Under the pieces are notes generated by a model. The model made no database searches. It had not been told where the DNA came from and worked only from the letters and a program-made list of their open reading frames with translations. From Spirochaetia bacterium (GTDB taxonomy: Bacteria; Spirochaetota; Spirochaetia; SZUA-6; Bin103), in the NCBI GenBank assembly GCA_965208575.1, contig CBDBOV010000002.1, positions 742,450 to 806,449 of the forward strand: a stretch of 64,000 nucleotides of DNA, read 5' to 3'. Below, piece by piece: positions 37,878 through 47,596 of the stretch; position 1 is the stretch's first letter; each line of letters begins with the position of its first letter. The translations under genes and the position numbers were made by a program.

Positions 37878-39698
37878 CTAGTTCCCCATGGATTTCTTCA
37901 ACTCCTGGTCAACCCAGACGTGCGCCATAACCAGGCCGTGACCGTAATCAGTCCCCAGCCGGTTCTCACCCCGGTAGCTCTTGATCCACGGCTGCCATGC
38001 TCTGAACTCGGCATTCATAATGATGAACATCCGCCAGTGCTGGCTAACGATGTAATCATTGGCTGCCGTGAGCAGTCCTTGATACGCATCCAGGTCGGCT
38101 TCCACGGCTGCCGCGTCAATCAGGGCGTCATATTCGGCGTCCTGGATAAATTGTATGTTACCATTGGCAGCCGGATTCTGGCCATAAAAATGGCGCGCCG
38201 GGCCTATCGGCCCAGGATAACCGATGCCCCAACCCCTGATCGTAATGCCGTCCCACTCGCCGCTTGAGACCATGGATACGTGAGCGCTGGGGTCCAGAAT
38301 CTCAATCTCCATATCAACGCCAATCTCGGCCAAGTGGCTTTGCACTATCAGGTACAGGTCCGTATCCTGATCAGAGGGAAGCAAGAGTTGCGTCTTGAAA
38401 CCATCGGGGTAGCCGGCATCCGCCAAGAGCTGCTTCGCCTTTTCCGGATTATAGGTAAAGGTATCTCGAACCTCCGCCGGTATCTGATCCCACGGGTTGT
38501 AGAAGCCCGGGACAGCAGTATAACTCCATGCTTGGGGAATCGCATCCACATAGCCGCCCCCCCATGTCCTGGCAATTTGTTCACGATCGATTGCCATATC
38601 AAGGGCCTGACGCACCCTGATGTCAGGAAAGAGAGGCTCAGTGCCATACCGATACGCCAACCCTGAGCCAGTCATGGTGTAAGCGGCGAACTGAAGCTCC
38701 GGGTTGGTCCGTTCCAAGCTCTCCTTCTGCTCCCACGTAATCCCGGTATCGCCCCAGTTATTGCCATCCATTCGGTCCAGCTTGCCGGACCTCAGAGCGG
38801 CCAACTGTGTCGATTTTTCCGGCATCGCAAGTTGCCTGAACTCGTCAGCATAGGGCAGTTGGAACTCGTGGTCCGGGAAAAGCGCGTCATTCTGCCAGTA
38901 GTCGGGATTCCTGACCCATGTCAAGGAACTGCCGGGAACATAGTCCGCGAACATCCACGGGCCGGTACCGATCACCTGGGCCGGGTCTTTCATGTCGCCG
39001 TGTTCTTCGACGACTTCTCGGGGCGGAGCTATCATATCGGACCAGCCCGCGGTCAGAAAAGTAGGTAGACTGTAGGCATTTACCGGGTGCTTGAACACCA
39101 CCGTATACTTGTCGGTAGCCTCCACGGAGGTAATTCTGTTGAAAAACGGCTCACCCGCGTGCGGGCTTCTCTCGCTGAAGCCGCTGCCCAATCCCCATAC
39201 TCGATGGAACACGTATTCGACATCCTTGGCGGTGAACTCGCGGCCGTTTACCGGCGGCAGGTTATGCCACTTGACCCCCTCACGGATGTGGAAGATAGTA
39301 GTTCCGGGGTCCGGCTGTTCCCAGCTTTCCGCCAGGCCCGGTCCCATGGTATTCGGGCCCCACCAGTTCTTGTAGTCCTCAATTTCCCGGGGGACGGCCC
39401 AGTTATTCTGGCCGAGCCGTTCACCGGCGGAGTTCCACATTCCTCCCCAGCCCCAGTAGTTGTCCATACTATTTTCAATCGCTGGCACCCAGTATACATA
39501 GTTGATTGTGCCGCCATACCTGGGCTTTTCCTGTAACTCACCCCAGGCATTGCGGATCATCTCTTTCTCCGCGGTCGAAGCCGAGCCGGCGCTTTCGCTG
39601 GCGGGTGCGGCAAAACCTGCGGTCGCTGCGAGCGCGAACGCCAAAACTATCGGAACGAATCTTGAAACCAAAGTGGATCCTCCTTGTCGGGTCAACAC
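37878..39698 (-). CDS. ABC substrate-binding protein, family 5
   Basis: Signal peptide; PRYGGT, GLAESW, FHIREGVKWH, GTGPW, RNPDYW, DIRVRQAL. Confidence 0.92.
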   Translation of the reverse strand: MLTRQGGSTLVSRFVPIVLAFALAATAGFAAPASESAGSASTAEKEMIRNAWGELQEKPRYGGTINYVYWVPAIENSMDNYWGWGGMWNSAGERLGQNNWAVPREIEDYKNWWGPNTMGPGLAESWEQPDPGTTIFHIREGVKWHNLPPVNGREFTAKDVEYVFHRVWGLGSGFSERSPHAGEPFFNRITSVEATDKYTVVFKHPVNAYSLPTFLTAGWSDMIAPPREVVEEHGDMKDPAQVIGTGPWMFADYVPGSSLTWVRNPDYWQNDALFPDHEFQLPYADEFRQLAMPEKSTQLAALRSGKLDRMDGNNWGDTGITWEQKESLERTNPELQFAAYTMTGSGLAYRYGTEPLFPDIRVRQALDMAIDREQIARTWGGGYVDAIPQAWSYTAVPGFYNPWDQIPAEVRDTFTYNPEKAKQLLADAGYPDGFKTQLLLPSDQDTDLYLIVQSHLAEIGVDMEIEILDPSAHVSMVSSGEWDGITIRGWGIGYPGPIGPARHFYGQNPAANGNIQFIQDAEYDALIDAAAVEADLDAYQGLLTAANDYIVSQHWRMFIIMNAEFRAWQPWIKSYRGENRLGTDYGHGLVMAHVWVDQELKKSMGN

Positions 39699-39796
39699 GT
39701 GATCGATGTGTTGCGTACTGCCGTCAACGCCGGCTACGGAAACCGAATTTAACCTGGGCGTCCGCTGCGTGTCAAGCCACAGGTATATTGGGGGCC

Positions 39797-40600
39797 ATGT
39801 TGACGCCCGAACAGCGCACGGAGTTCGACGAGCGTGGCTTCGTCCGGATCCCGGCGGCCTTCACAGCGACCGAGGCCTCCGCCATGGAGGACCTGGTGTG
39901 GGCGGACGTGGAGGCAAGAAAGGGCGTGATCCGGGGCGACCCGAGCACCTGGAACCTGTCTCTAGTGGTTGGCCTGGGTCACCTCAAGACCGACCCGGCG
40001 TTCGGCGCCATCGGGAGCCCCGCTACCGTGGCGGCGCTCGATGACGTCCTGGGTGAGGGCCGCTGGGTCCGCCCGAAGAACTGGGGGCAGTTGCTCGTCA
40101 CCTTTCCAACGCCGGACGCCGAGTGGACGGTCCCCAGCGACGTCTGGCACACCGACTTCGACTACCAGCTTCCCCCGGGCGAGATTGCCGGCGCGCTGGT
40201 GTTCGCCTTCCTCGCCGACGTCGGGCCCGGTGCCGGGGGCACGGTCGTGGTGGCGGGGTCGCATCGGCTGATACGGCGCTACGTGGAGGATCAGCCCAGG
40301 GAGGCGCTCGAGAAGATGAAGATGAAGCAGGTCCGCAAGGCGTTCCTCGCCAGCGACCCGTGGCTGCGGGCGCTCTCGTCGGACCGTGATGACGGCGACC
40401 GCGAGGGGCGGTTCATGAGAGCCGATCACGAACTCGGGGGCGTCTCCGTTCGGGTCGTCGAGTTCACTGGCCGGGCGGGCGACGTCGTCATCGGCCACCC
40501 CTGGCTGCTGCACGCGCCCGCTCCCAACTGCGGAACGAGCCCGAGATTCATGACCGTGCAGCGGGTGAAGGTGGCCGCGGGCGAGAGCCCCGAAGCCTGA
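39797..40600 (+). CDS. Phytanoyl-CoA dioxygenase (PhyH) family 2OG-Fe(II) oxygenase
   Basis: FDERGF, WHTD, GGTVVVAGSH, AGDVV...LLHA..PN...PR. Confidence 0.87.
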   Translation: MLTPEQRTEFDERGFVRIPAAFTATEASAMEDLVWADVEARKGVIRGDPSTWNLSLVVGLGHLKTDPAFGAIGSPATVAALDDVLGEGRWVRPKNWGQLLVTFPTPDAEWTVPSDVWHTDFDYQLPPGEIAGALVFAFLADVGPGAGGTVVVAGSHRLIRRYVEDQPREALEKMKMKQVRKAFLASDPWLRALSSDRDDGDREGRFMRADHELGGVSVRVVEFTGRAGDVVIGHPWLLHAPAPNCGTSPRFMTVQRVKVAAGESPEA

Positions 40601-40849
40601 GCGCCGCGTGGGCTGGGCTACGAGTACATGGAGGCGATGTTGCCTGTACTCAATCACCGTCAACTCCGCCGGCGGCGACTGCCGCCACGCCTCACACTTC
40701 CGCGGAAACGTTGCAGATCAACGGAGCAGCGAGCGAGTGGGCGGCGCCGGCCCGCTGTTCCCCGTGCTCCAGGCCACCTCCGACGGGGCGCTGTACGGCC
40801 GAGAGCGGTCCTCCCCTCGGCCGAGGCCCCCGGCAACGCCTGGCGGGAC

Positions 40850-41701
40850 TTAGCGGGAATGCGGCGGCGCGCCGGCGTCGTACAGCGGCGTCAGCCGGGG
40901 GAAGTACTCGTGGTCCATGACAGTGCCCACCTCGAGCCCCAGCGGGTCGGTCACGACGTGGGCCTTGCCCGTGTAGGTGGTGGCGGCGTCCATGAAGATG
41001 ACGACGAAGCCGACCCGCCAGTCATCGGTCAGGTTGGGCCCGGCGCCGTGCATGGTGCGCGCGTGGTGGAAGGTGCAGTCGCCCGCCCGGAGCGGATAGG
41101 TCACCCGCGGCAACCACTCCGACGACGGCATCTCGCGGACGAGGCCCTCGCGATCGGCGGTGAGGATGTCAGCCACGTCGAAGATGTCGTGGGTGCCCGG
41201 CAGGAAGCTCATGCAGCCCATCTCGACGGGGGTGTCCTGCAGCGCGATCCAGACCGACAGCGCGTTGGGCGAGTTGTCGTGCGGCCACTTGGGCTGGTCC
41301 TGATGGAAGGCGGTGGGGTAGTCCTGCCCCGGCCGCTTGGCGAGGATGTGGTCGTGCCAGACCCTCAGGGGACCGCCCGCGAGCTTCTCGGCGACGGCGG
41401 CGACGTTCGGGTGCAGGGTCAGGCTGCGCAGCGCGTCGTTGTCGAGCCAGATGTTGATCCGCTGGACGAAGGGGAGCGCCTGCTGGTTCGCGCTCGACGC
41501 GGGATCCCGGTCCTCGAGGATCTCCAGGCACGCCTCTCGGTAGCAGCGGACTTCGTCGGGGGTAAGGATGCCGGGGATCTTGACGACGCCGGTTTCCCGG
41601 TACCCCGCGATCGTCTTCGCATCGATGTCGGCTGCTCTCATGGCGTTCCGCTCCCCCCTCCGCCTCTCGGGTTCGACCATCATATACTGCGGGTCCGGCA
41701 T
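40850..41701 (-). CDS. Phytanoyl-CoA dioxygenase (PhyH) family 2OG-Fe(II) oxygenase
   Basis: FHQD, SVWIAL, GCMSFLPGTH, AGDCTFHH..TMHGAGPN...WR. Start may be 41641. Confidence 0.9.
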   Translation of the reverse strand: MPDPQYMMVEPERRRGERNAMRAADIDAKTIAGYRETGVVKIPGILTPDEVRCYREACLEILEDRDPASSANQQALPFVQRINIWLDNDALRSLTLHPNVAAVAEKLAGGPLRVWHDHILAKRPGQDYPTAFHQDQPKWPHDNSPNALSVWIALQDTPVEMGCMSFLPGTHDIFDVADILTADREGLVREMPSSEWLPRVTYPLRAGDCTFHHARTMHGAGPNLTDDWRVGFVVIFMDAATTYTGKAHVVTDPLGLEVGTVMDHEYFPRLTPLYDAGAPPHSR

Positions 41702-41845
41702 GGTGGTCGCGGGTCCCTTCCCAAAAGAAACCGCCTATTGCCTCACGTAAAAATCTAACCTTACGGTGAGCGTGCCTCACGTAAGAATCTAACCGAAAGG
41801 GAGGCGGAGAACGAGGGGGGAGCGCGAGGGGGGAGACTCATAAAT

Positions 41846-41854
41846 TGTGGATAA
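41846..41854 (-). promoter_or_regulatory. Perfect DnaA box inside transposon end
   Basis: TGTGGATAA, the reverse complement of TTATCCACA. Confidence 0.4.
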
Positions 41855-42031
41855 GTGGATAGGCTGCTGGGCGACCGGCCGGGTTGATTCAAGCACACCA
41901 ACGCGACCGGGGGCGTATCTGGTTGGTCGGCGCGGATGAGGAGGCGTCAACGGCAGGGAGGTGGTCGGTGCCGTGTCGTGTCGCTGACCGAAGAGGGGGC
42001 GGACGGGTCTGGAGGCGACTTCGGTGCTGGT

Positions 42032-42185
42032 GACACGGGGATGTCCAGACACCACCTCGTGTCGCGGAGAGGCCTTACAGCGCGGCTGAGGCGACATTTC
42101 TTGACGCCGACCGTCTGGCTCACGGATATACGGGCGTCAGAGACGCTCAGAAGTCATTTGCCGAGCCGGGTGATGCCGCCCACGC
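42032..42185 (-). repeat. Diverged direct repeat of transposase 3' end plus structured downstream motif, copy 1
   Basis: Aligns with 44004-44158; first about 65 bp nearly identical. Confidence 0.85.
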
Positions 42186-42311
42186 CGCGAGCGGCGCGCA
42201 GGTTGCTGCGGAGCGCACGGAGCGAGGCGCCCCGGACAACTGCACCGAGGTGCGTTGCCCGGGGCAGGGTCATGACAATTCCCCACCGCCGGGACGGGGT
42301 AGGCGACGAGG

Positions 42312-43985
42312 TTGCGACACCGGAGCCGTCGGGATCGAACGGGGCGGAGGAGATGCTGTACCCCGCTGACGGACGGAGGGCGTAGCCCGACCGGAGTCAG
42401 CCGGCGCGGTGCCGTGGAGGCCACCGTGGACGACGCCGAGATGGCGGACCAGGCAGCCAAGCTGCTCGCTTCCGGGATGAGCGGCTCAGCCTGCGCTCGC
42501 GAACTCGGCATCCCGGTGAGCACCTTCAACGAGAACCGCCGCGCCGGCGTCATCACAGATCCCACCCGGGAGCCCGCCGCCAGCGCCGAGGTTGCGCCGG
42601 CGGCCACCACCACTGATCACCCGGTCAGCACCGCCGCCGCGGTCAGCGACCCGGCGGTCGCCACTGAGCGCGCCAGCCGCGACGCCCGCGACAAGCACGC
42701 GCCCATGGGCCGCGCGGCGCGCGACGTGGAACGCCGCACGCTCGCCAGAGCCGGCCTGCTGACCGAGGCCACACCAGCGTTCGTCGAGCCCGCCCACGCG
42801 GTCGCTGGCGGCGGCGTGCTGGCCGCACTGGCGATGCTGCTGCGCGAGGGCCTGCTCACCGCCGCCAACCGCCTGTTCCGCCTGCCGGCCGGATTCTACG
42901 GCCTGACCACCATCCTCCTGTTCGTCGCCTGCATGACCCTGGCCCGGGTGCGCAACCCCGAGAGCCTGCGCTACCAGGCACCCGGCGAGTGGGGCGCCAT
43001 CCTCGGCCTCGACCGCTGTCCGGAGACCAAGACGCTGCGCCGCAAGATCAGGCTGCTGGCCAGCGCCGAGCACACCGTGCGCGATTGGCAATCGGTACTG
43101 GCGCGTACCTGGGCCAGCGAGCACGACGACGACTGGACGACGCTGGCCGTGGATGGCCACGTGAAGGTGTACACCGGGCGCAACGGGCGGTTGCCGAAAC
43201 ACTTCGTCGCACGCCAGAAGCTGTGTCTGCCGGCGTCGGTGAGCTACTGGATCAACGCCCTCGGCGGCGCACCGCTGCTGTGCCTGCACAAGGCGCTGGA
43301 CCCGAAGCCGGTGAATGCGATCAAGCACGACGTGGTGCCGCAGTTGCAGCACCTGGGGGTGGTGACCGAAGCGGCCCCCGACCTGACCGGAGCACCGGCC
43401 GGTACCCCGCAGCTGACCCTGGTGTTCGACCGCGAGGGCTGGAGCCCGGACCTGTTCAAGCGCCTGGCCCGGCGTGGCATCGCCTGCATCACCTGGCACA
43501 AGAACTTCAACGGCGCGGACTGGCTGCCGGAAGACTTCCACACCTTCGAGGTACCGATCCATGGTCCCGCCGGCACCAGCACGACTGCGGTTGATCTGGC
43601 CGAGCAGCCGATCATGCTGCGCAACGGGCTGGTGGTGCGCCAGATCCGGCGGCGTCTGGCCAACGGTCGTCAGGTGGCGGTGATCACCACGCACCCGCAG
43701 ATGCCGTTGGCGCAGGTCGCCGGCGCCATGTTCTCGCGCTGGTCGCAGGAGAACTTCTTCAAGTACCTGCGCGAGCAGTTCAACCTTGACGCGCTGCCGA
43801 GCCATGACCTTGCGCCGCCGGAGCCCGACGCACGGGTCGTGAACCGGTGCGCCGGGCCCTGGAAAAGAGCATCAGGCGGGTACGCAGCCGGCTGGCAGCG
43901 GTCCGCAATCGCCTCGCCGAGGCACTGCAGGGACGGCACCGGGACTCCGCCACCCGGCTTACGGTCGCGGATAAAGTTGCACTGA
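42312..43985 (+). pseudogene. Truncated DDE transposase (Transposase_29-like), frameshift near 43846, both ends missing
   Basis: LAVDGHVKVYTG, LVFDREGWS, FSRWSQENFFKY; continues RRALEKSIRR in another frame and stops abruptly. Confidence 0.78.
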
Positions 43986-44003
43986 ATTGCATGGTTATGC
44001 ATA

Positions 44004-44158
44004 GACACGGGGGTATCCAGACACCACCTCGTGTCGTGGAGGGGCCTTACAGCGCGGCTGAGGCGACGTTTTCTCATCGCTGACCGCCCATTCTCCGATT
44101 ATCGACCGTCAGACCCGCCTGAGAGGGTCATTTTGCCGTGCGACCGCTGCCACCACGC
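44004..44158 (-). repeat. Diverged direct repeat, copy 2 (downstream of the intact transposase)
   Basis: gacacgggggtatccagacaccacctcgtgtc...gccttacagcgcggctgaggcgac. Confidence 0.85.
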
Positions 44159-45402
44159 TCCTCGCTCGGTGTTTGCACCGTGCTTGGTGCGGCCTTGGCG
44201 GTCTTGCTGACGTTCAGCTGCAGCAGATCCTCGGTCAACCTGGTCAGCTCGCGCTTGAGGGCGACCGGATTCAACGTCGCGTACTGCTGCTTGAGGCGGT
44301 TCTTCACCTTCTCGCTCACCGACTCGGAGGCCAGCATGCGGTGATACGGCGTCTGCGGGTCGTCATAGATGCGGCGCACCTTGCTGCCGGTGCGGGTTTT
44401 CTTCACCAGCTTCACCGAGGGATAGAAGAAGTTCACCAGCAGGCACAGCGGGCGGTATATCGCGTTGAGGGCAGCCAGTTCCCGGTCGGTGTCGTAACGC
44501 AGGTGGCCGACCGCCCGTCGCACCACGTGGCCATTCTTCTGCTCGACGTAGCAGGTGTCGTTCTTGCGATGCGGGCGACCCCGAGTGAACGTGATGCCGT
44601 GCGCTTCGCAATAGCGCAGCAAATGATGATTGATGAACTCGCTGCCGTTGTCGGTGTCGATCCCCCGCATCACGATCGGCAGGCTCTGCCGGGCAGCGTC
44701 GATCGCCTCGTGGGTCCAGCGCTGCGCCTTGTTCTGCACGCCGTACAGGTCGACCCAGCCGGTGTCAACGTCGGTGATGGTGAGCGTGTGGCAGAAGTCG
44801 CCTGACGCGTTGCCGCCTTCATGGCCCACCAAGTCGATCTCGAAGAAGCCCGGCTCCTGCTCGTCCCAGTCAGCGAAGGTTCGGATCGCGATCTGATCCT
44901 TCAGGAGGGTGCCCGGCTTGGTGTGCGTGCGACCCTTCAGGCGCAGCCGTGCGCGCTCCTGCTGCAGCAGCCGGTCGATGGTCGCGGCGCTGATGGTCTG
45001 CAGCTTGCCGCGCACCGCTGCGGTCAGCTCGATCTCGCCGAACGACTCCAGCGTCGGCAGCATGGTGCGCAGCACGACCACCAGGCGCTTGCCGCACATG
45101 CAGTCGAACACGTACCAGATCAGCTTCAGAGCGACCAGCACCTCCTGGTCGTAGCGCCGCGGTCGCACGCGGCGCTGGGCAGGCCGCGGACGCCCGACCA
45201 CCAGCTTCACCAGTGTGCCGTCGACTCGCACCATGCGGGTCCGTCCCCACCAGGTCAACAGATGGATCGCGTACTTGCGCTGGTACCCGGTCGACTCGAC
45301 GAACTCGTCGAGTATGCGCCCCTTCTCCTTCTTGCCCGCCCGACGATACCGCTGCGCGTGCTGCTCGGTGAGCTCTCGCCTTGAACTCATCTTCAACCCC
45401 AT
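44128..45402 (-). CDS. Integrase-core (rve) DDE transposase, ISNCY-type
   Basis: RYRRAGKKEKGRILDEF..TGY.RKYAI.LL; EIDLVGH; IDTDNGSEF; RGRP..KND..YVEQKN; TPY.R. Confidence 0.9.
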   Translation of the reverse strand: MGLKMSSRRELTEQHAQRYRRAGKKEKGRILDEFVESTGYQRKYAIHLLTWWGRTRMVRVDGTLVKLVVGRPRPAQRRVRPRRYDQEVLVALKLIWYVFDCMCGKRLVVVLRTMLPTLESFGEIELTAAVRGKLQTISAATIDRLLQQERARLRLKGRTHTKPGTLLKDQIAIRTFADWDEQEPGFFEIDLVGHEGGNASGDFCHTLTITDVDTGWVDLYGVQNKAQRWTHEAIDAARQSLPIVMRGIDTDNGSEFINHHLLRYCEAHGITFTRGRPHRKNDTCYVEQKNGHVVRRAVGHLRYDTDRELAALNAIYRPLCLLVNFFYPSVKLVKKTRTGSKVRRIYDDPQTPYHRMLASESVSEKVKNRLKQQYATLNPVALKRELTRLTEDLLQLNVSKTAKAAPSTVQTPSEERGGSGRTAK

Positions 45403-45594
45403 CTCCTCCGGAACCTCCTCACGTCCCTCGGAGAGGCTCCAACCGGACCCGGAAGGTCCAGCCCGTTCGGTTAGATTTTTAGATGAGGCATGCTTTCGCT
45501 ACGGTTAGATTTTCGATGAGTCAATGCGAACCGTTGACGCGTTTCAGTCGCTCGGCTACTCTACCGTTCTTCGTCTCATCGCAAGGAGGAGCAT

Positions 45595-47523
45595 GTGAAC
45601 GTCGATAAGCTACGCCCCATCGTCCAAGCTACCTGCCGGGCCAAGGGCCTCGCCCTGGCGGCCCTGCTGGTTCTGCTCGGCCTCGGTCCGGCCGCGCTGG
45701 CGCAGGAGTATTCCGAGGCGCCGATCCTGGCCGAGCAGGTCGCCGCGGGCGAGTTGCCCGCCGTCGCCGACCGCCTGCCCGACGAGCCCTTCGTCGTGGG
45801 CCCCGGCGTGATCGTGCTCGAGGAGAACCTGGACTGGGAGCCCGGACAGTACGGCGGCACCCTGCGCACGGCACACTCCATCCCCGAAGTGAACAACGAC
45901 GTCATCATCATGCTCAACGAGCACCTGTTCATGGCCCCGGGGATCAGCGTGGACGGCATCCGCCCCAACATCCTCCGGGCCTTCGAGGCCAACGAGGACA
46001 ACACCTTCTTCACGTTCCACCTGCGTGAGGGCCTCAAGTGGTCGGACGGCGTGCCCGTCACCACCGAAGACATCCGCTTCATGTACGAGGACGTCTACCT
46101 CAACGAGGAGCTCACCCCGTCCTTCCCGGCCAAGTTCCGCACCGGCGGGAGCCCCACCGGCGACATCGTCGACCTGCAGATCGTCGACGACTACACCTTC
46201 ACCATGGCATTCACCGAGCCCTACGGGTCGCTGCTGAGTGAACTCACGATCAAGGGCTGGTCGGGCTACACCGACATCATGCAGCCGGCGCACCACCTCA
46301 AGCAGTTCCACATCGACTACACCTCCCTCGACGAAATGCGGGCCGATCTGAACGCAGCCAACCTGGGAGACGAGTGGTGGACGCTGTTCACCGCCAAGAA
46401 CTGCGACAACTGGAGCCTGACCCTGGCCAAGTGCATCGGCTTCCCCGCGCTCTACCCTTGGTTGCGCGTCGAGTCCGGTGCGCCGGGCATCATGCAGTTT
46501 GCCCGCAACCCCTACTACTTCAAGGTCGACACCACGGGCCAGCAGCTTCCCTACATCGACGAGGTGATCTCGGTCCTGGTGGAAGACACCGACATGGTCA
46601 ACCTCAACGTGCTGACCGGCGACGTCGACCTCCTCCGCGAAGCCACCGCCCTGCTCAAGCTCCCGCTCTACAAGGAGAACGAGGAGAGCGGCGGCTTCCA
46701 GGTCGGACTGCTCGATAACCACGTCACGCCGGCGGCCCTGTTCCTGAACTACACCTTCGAAGATCCCGTTTGGCGCGAAGTGGTCGGCAACCTCGAGTTC
46801 CGCCGGGCGCTGAACCTGAGCATCAACCGCCAGGAGATCATCGACAACATCTACTTCGGACTGGCTGAGCTCCCCCAGCACGTGCCCGGCGACTATGACG
46901 TCGAGGAGGCCAACCGCATCCTCGACTCGATCGGCATGGACCAGCGCGACGGCAATGGCTTCCGGCTGAGCCCCAGCGGCGAGCCGTTCACCATCCGCTT
47001 GGCTGCAGCCAATTTCAACCCGGACACCCTCCCGGTCTCCGAACTGCTGGTGGAGCACTTCAAGGTCATCGGCATTGACGCGACCATGAACGTCATGGAC
47101 AGCGGGGCCGCCTTTGAGCTCTACGACACCAACAAGGCCGCTGCGTTCGTAATCCACTCGGCGACGCCGCTGTGGGCCGACAACCTCTGGAACGACTACA
47201 TGCCAGGCTGGCGATGGGCGAAGGCCTGGCAGGTCTGGCACGACACCGCCGGCGCCGAGGGCGAGGAGCCGGCCGCGTTCGTGCAGCGCATCTACGAGCT
47301 GGCGGAGGGCCGCATCGGAGCACTCCCCGGCAGCGACGAGGACAAGGCGCTCTACGCCGAGATCAGGCAGATCCACTACGACAACCTCATCTTCCTCAAC
47401 GTGGCCGAGCAGGTGCGCTACGCGCTCGTCACCAACGCCGACCTGGGCAACGTGCCCCACGCGGGCCAGGCCATCGGCGGCAACAACAGCGGCGAACAGT
47501 TCTTCTACCGCACGCCGCAATAA
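45595..47523 (+). CDS. ABC substrate-binding protein, family 5 (sugar-binding Opp-type clade)
   Basis: Signal peptide; EAPILAEQVAAGELPAVADRLP, YGGTL, LREGLKWSDG.P.T.EDI, RNPYYFKVD..GQQLPYID. Confidence 0.93.
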   Translation: MNVDKLRPIVQATCRAKGLALAALLVLLGLGPAALAQEYSEAPILAEQVAAGELPAVADRLPDEPFVVGPGVIVLEENLDWEPGQYGGTLRTAHSIPEVNNDVIIMLNEHLFMAPGISVDGIRPNILRAFEANEDNTFFTFHLREGLKWSDGVPVTTEDIRFMYEDVYLNEELTPSFPAKFRTGGSPTGDIVDLQIVDDYTFTMAFTEPYGSLLSELTIKGWSGYTDIMQPAHHLKQFHIDYTSLDEMRADLNAANLGDEWWTLFTAKNCDNWSLTLAKCIGFPALYPWLRVESGAPGIMQFARNPYYFKVDTTGQQLPYIDEVISVLVEDTDMVNLNVLTGDVDLLREATALLKLPLYKENEESGGFQVGLLDNHVTPAALFLNYTFEDPVWREVVGNLEFRRALNLSINRQEIIDNIYFGLAELPQHVPGDYDVEEANRILDSIGMDQRDGNGFRLSPSGEPFTIRLAAANFNPDTLPVSELLVEHFKVIGIDATMNVMDSGAAFELYDTNKAAAFVIHSATPLWADNLWNDYMPGWRWAKAWQVWHDTAGAEGEEPAAFVQRIYELAEGRIGALPGSDEDKALYAEIRQIHYDNLIFLNVAEQVRYALVTNADLGNVPHAGQAIGGNNSGEQFFYRTPQ

Positions 47524-47596
47524 CGCACCGTCTCACCCACCGCTTACCGGGCCCTACCGCCCGGCAGGCGGCCTCTGCGCTTCCGGGAGATGCTAT

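Larger units (their letters stand above)
41734..45528. mobile_element. Composite ISNCY-type transposon, 3795 bp, about 65-bp imperfect TIRs, 5-bp TSD AACCG
   Basis: Each end holds two copies of a tgcctca-N3-aa(a/g)aatctaacc-like motif, inverted between ends (41734-41797, 45465-45528); AACCG at 41729-41733 and 45529-45533. Confidence 0.8.

Noticed and set aside
40601-40849. Possible gene remnant between the convergent PhyH genes
   Set aside because: No recognisable motif in any frame.
41738-41795. Two 22-bp direct repeats as a mini-CRISPR
   Set aside because: Only two units with a 12-bp spacer, mirrored at 45468-45522 and no cas genes; they are transposase binding sites in TIRs.
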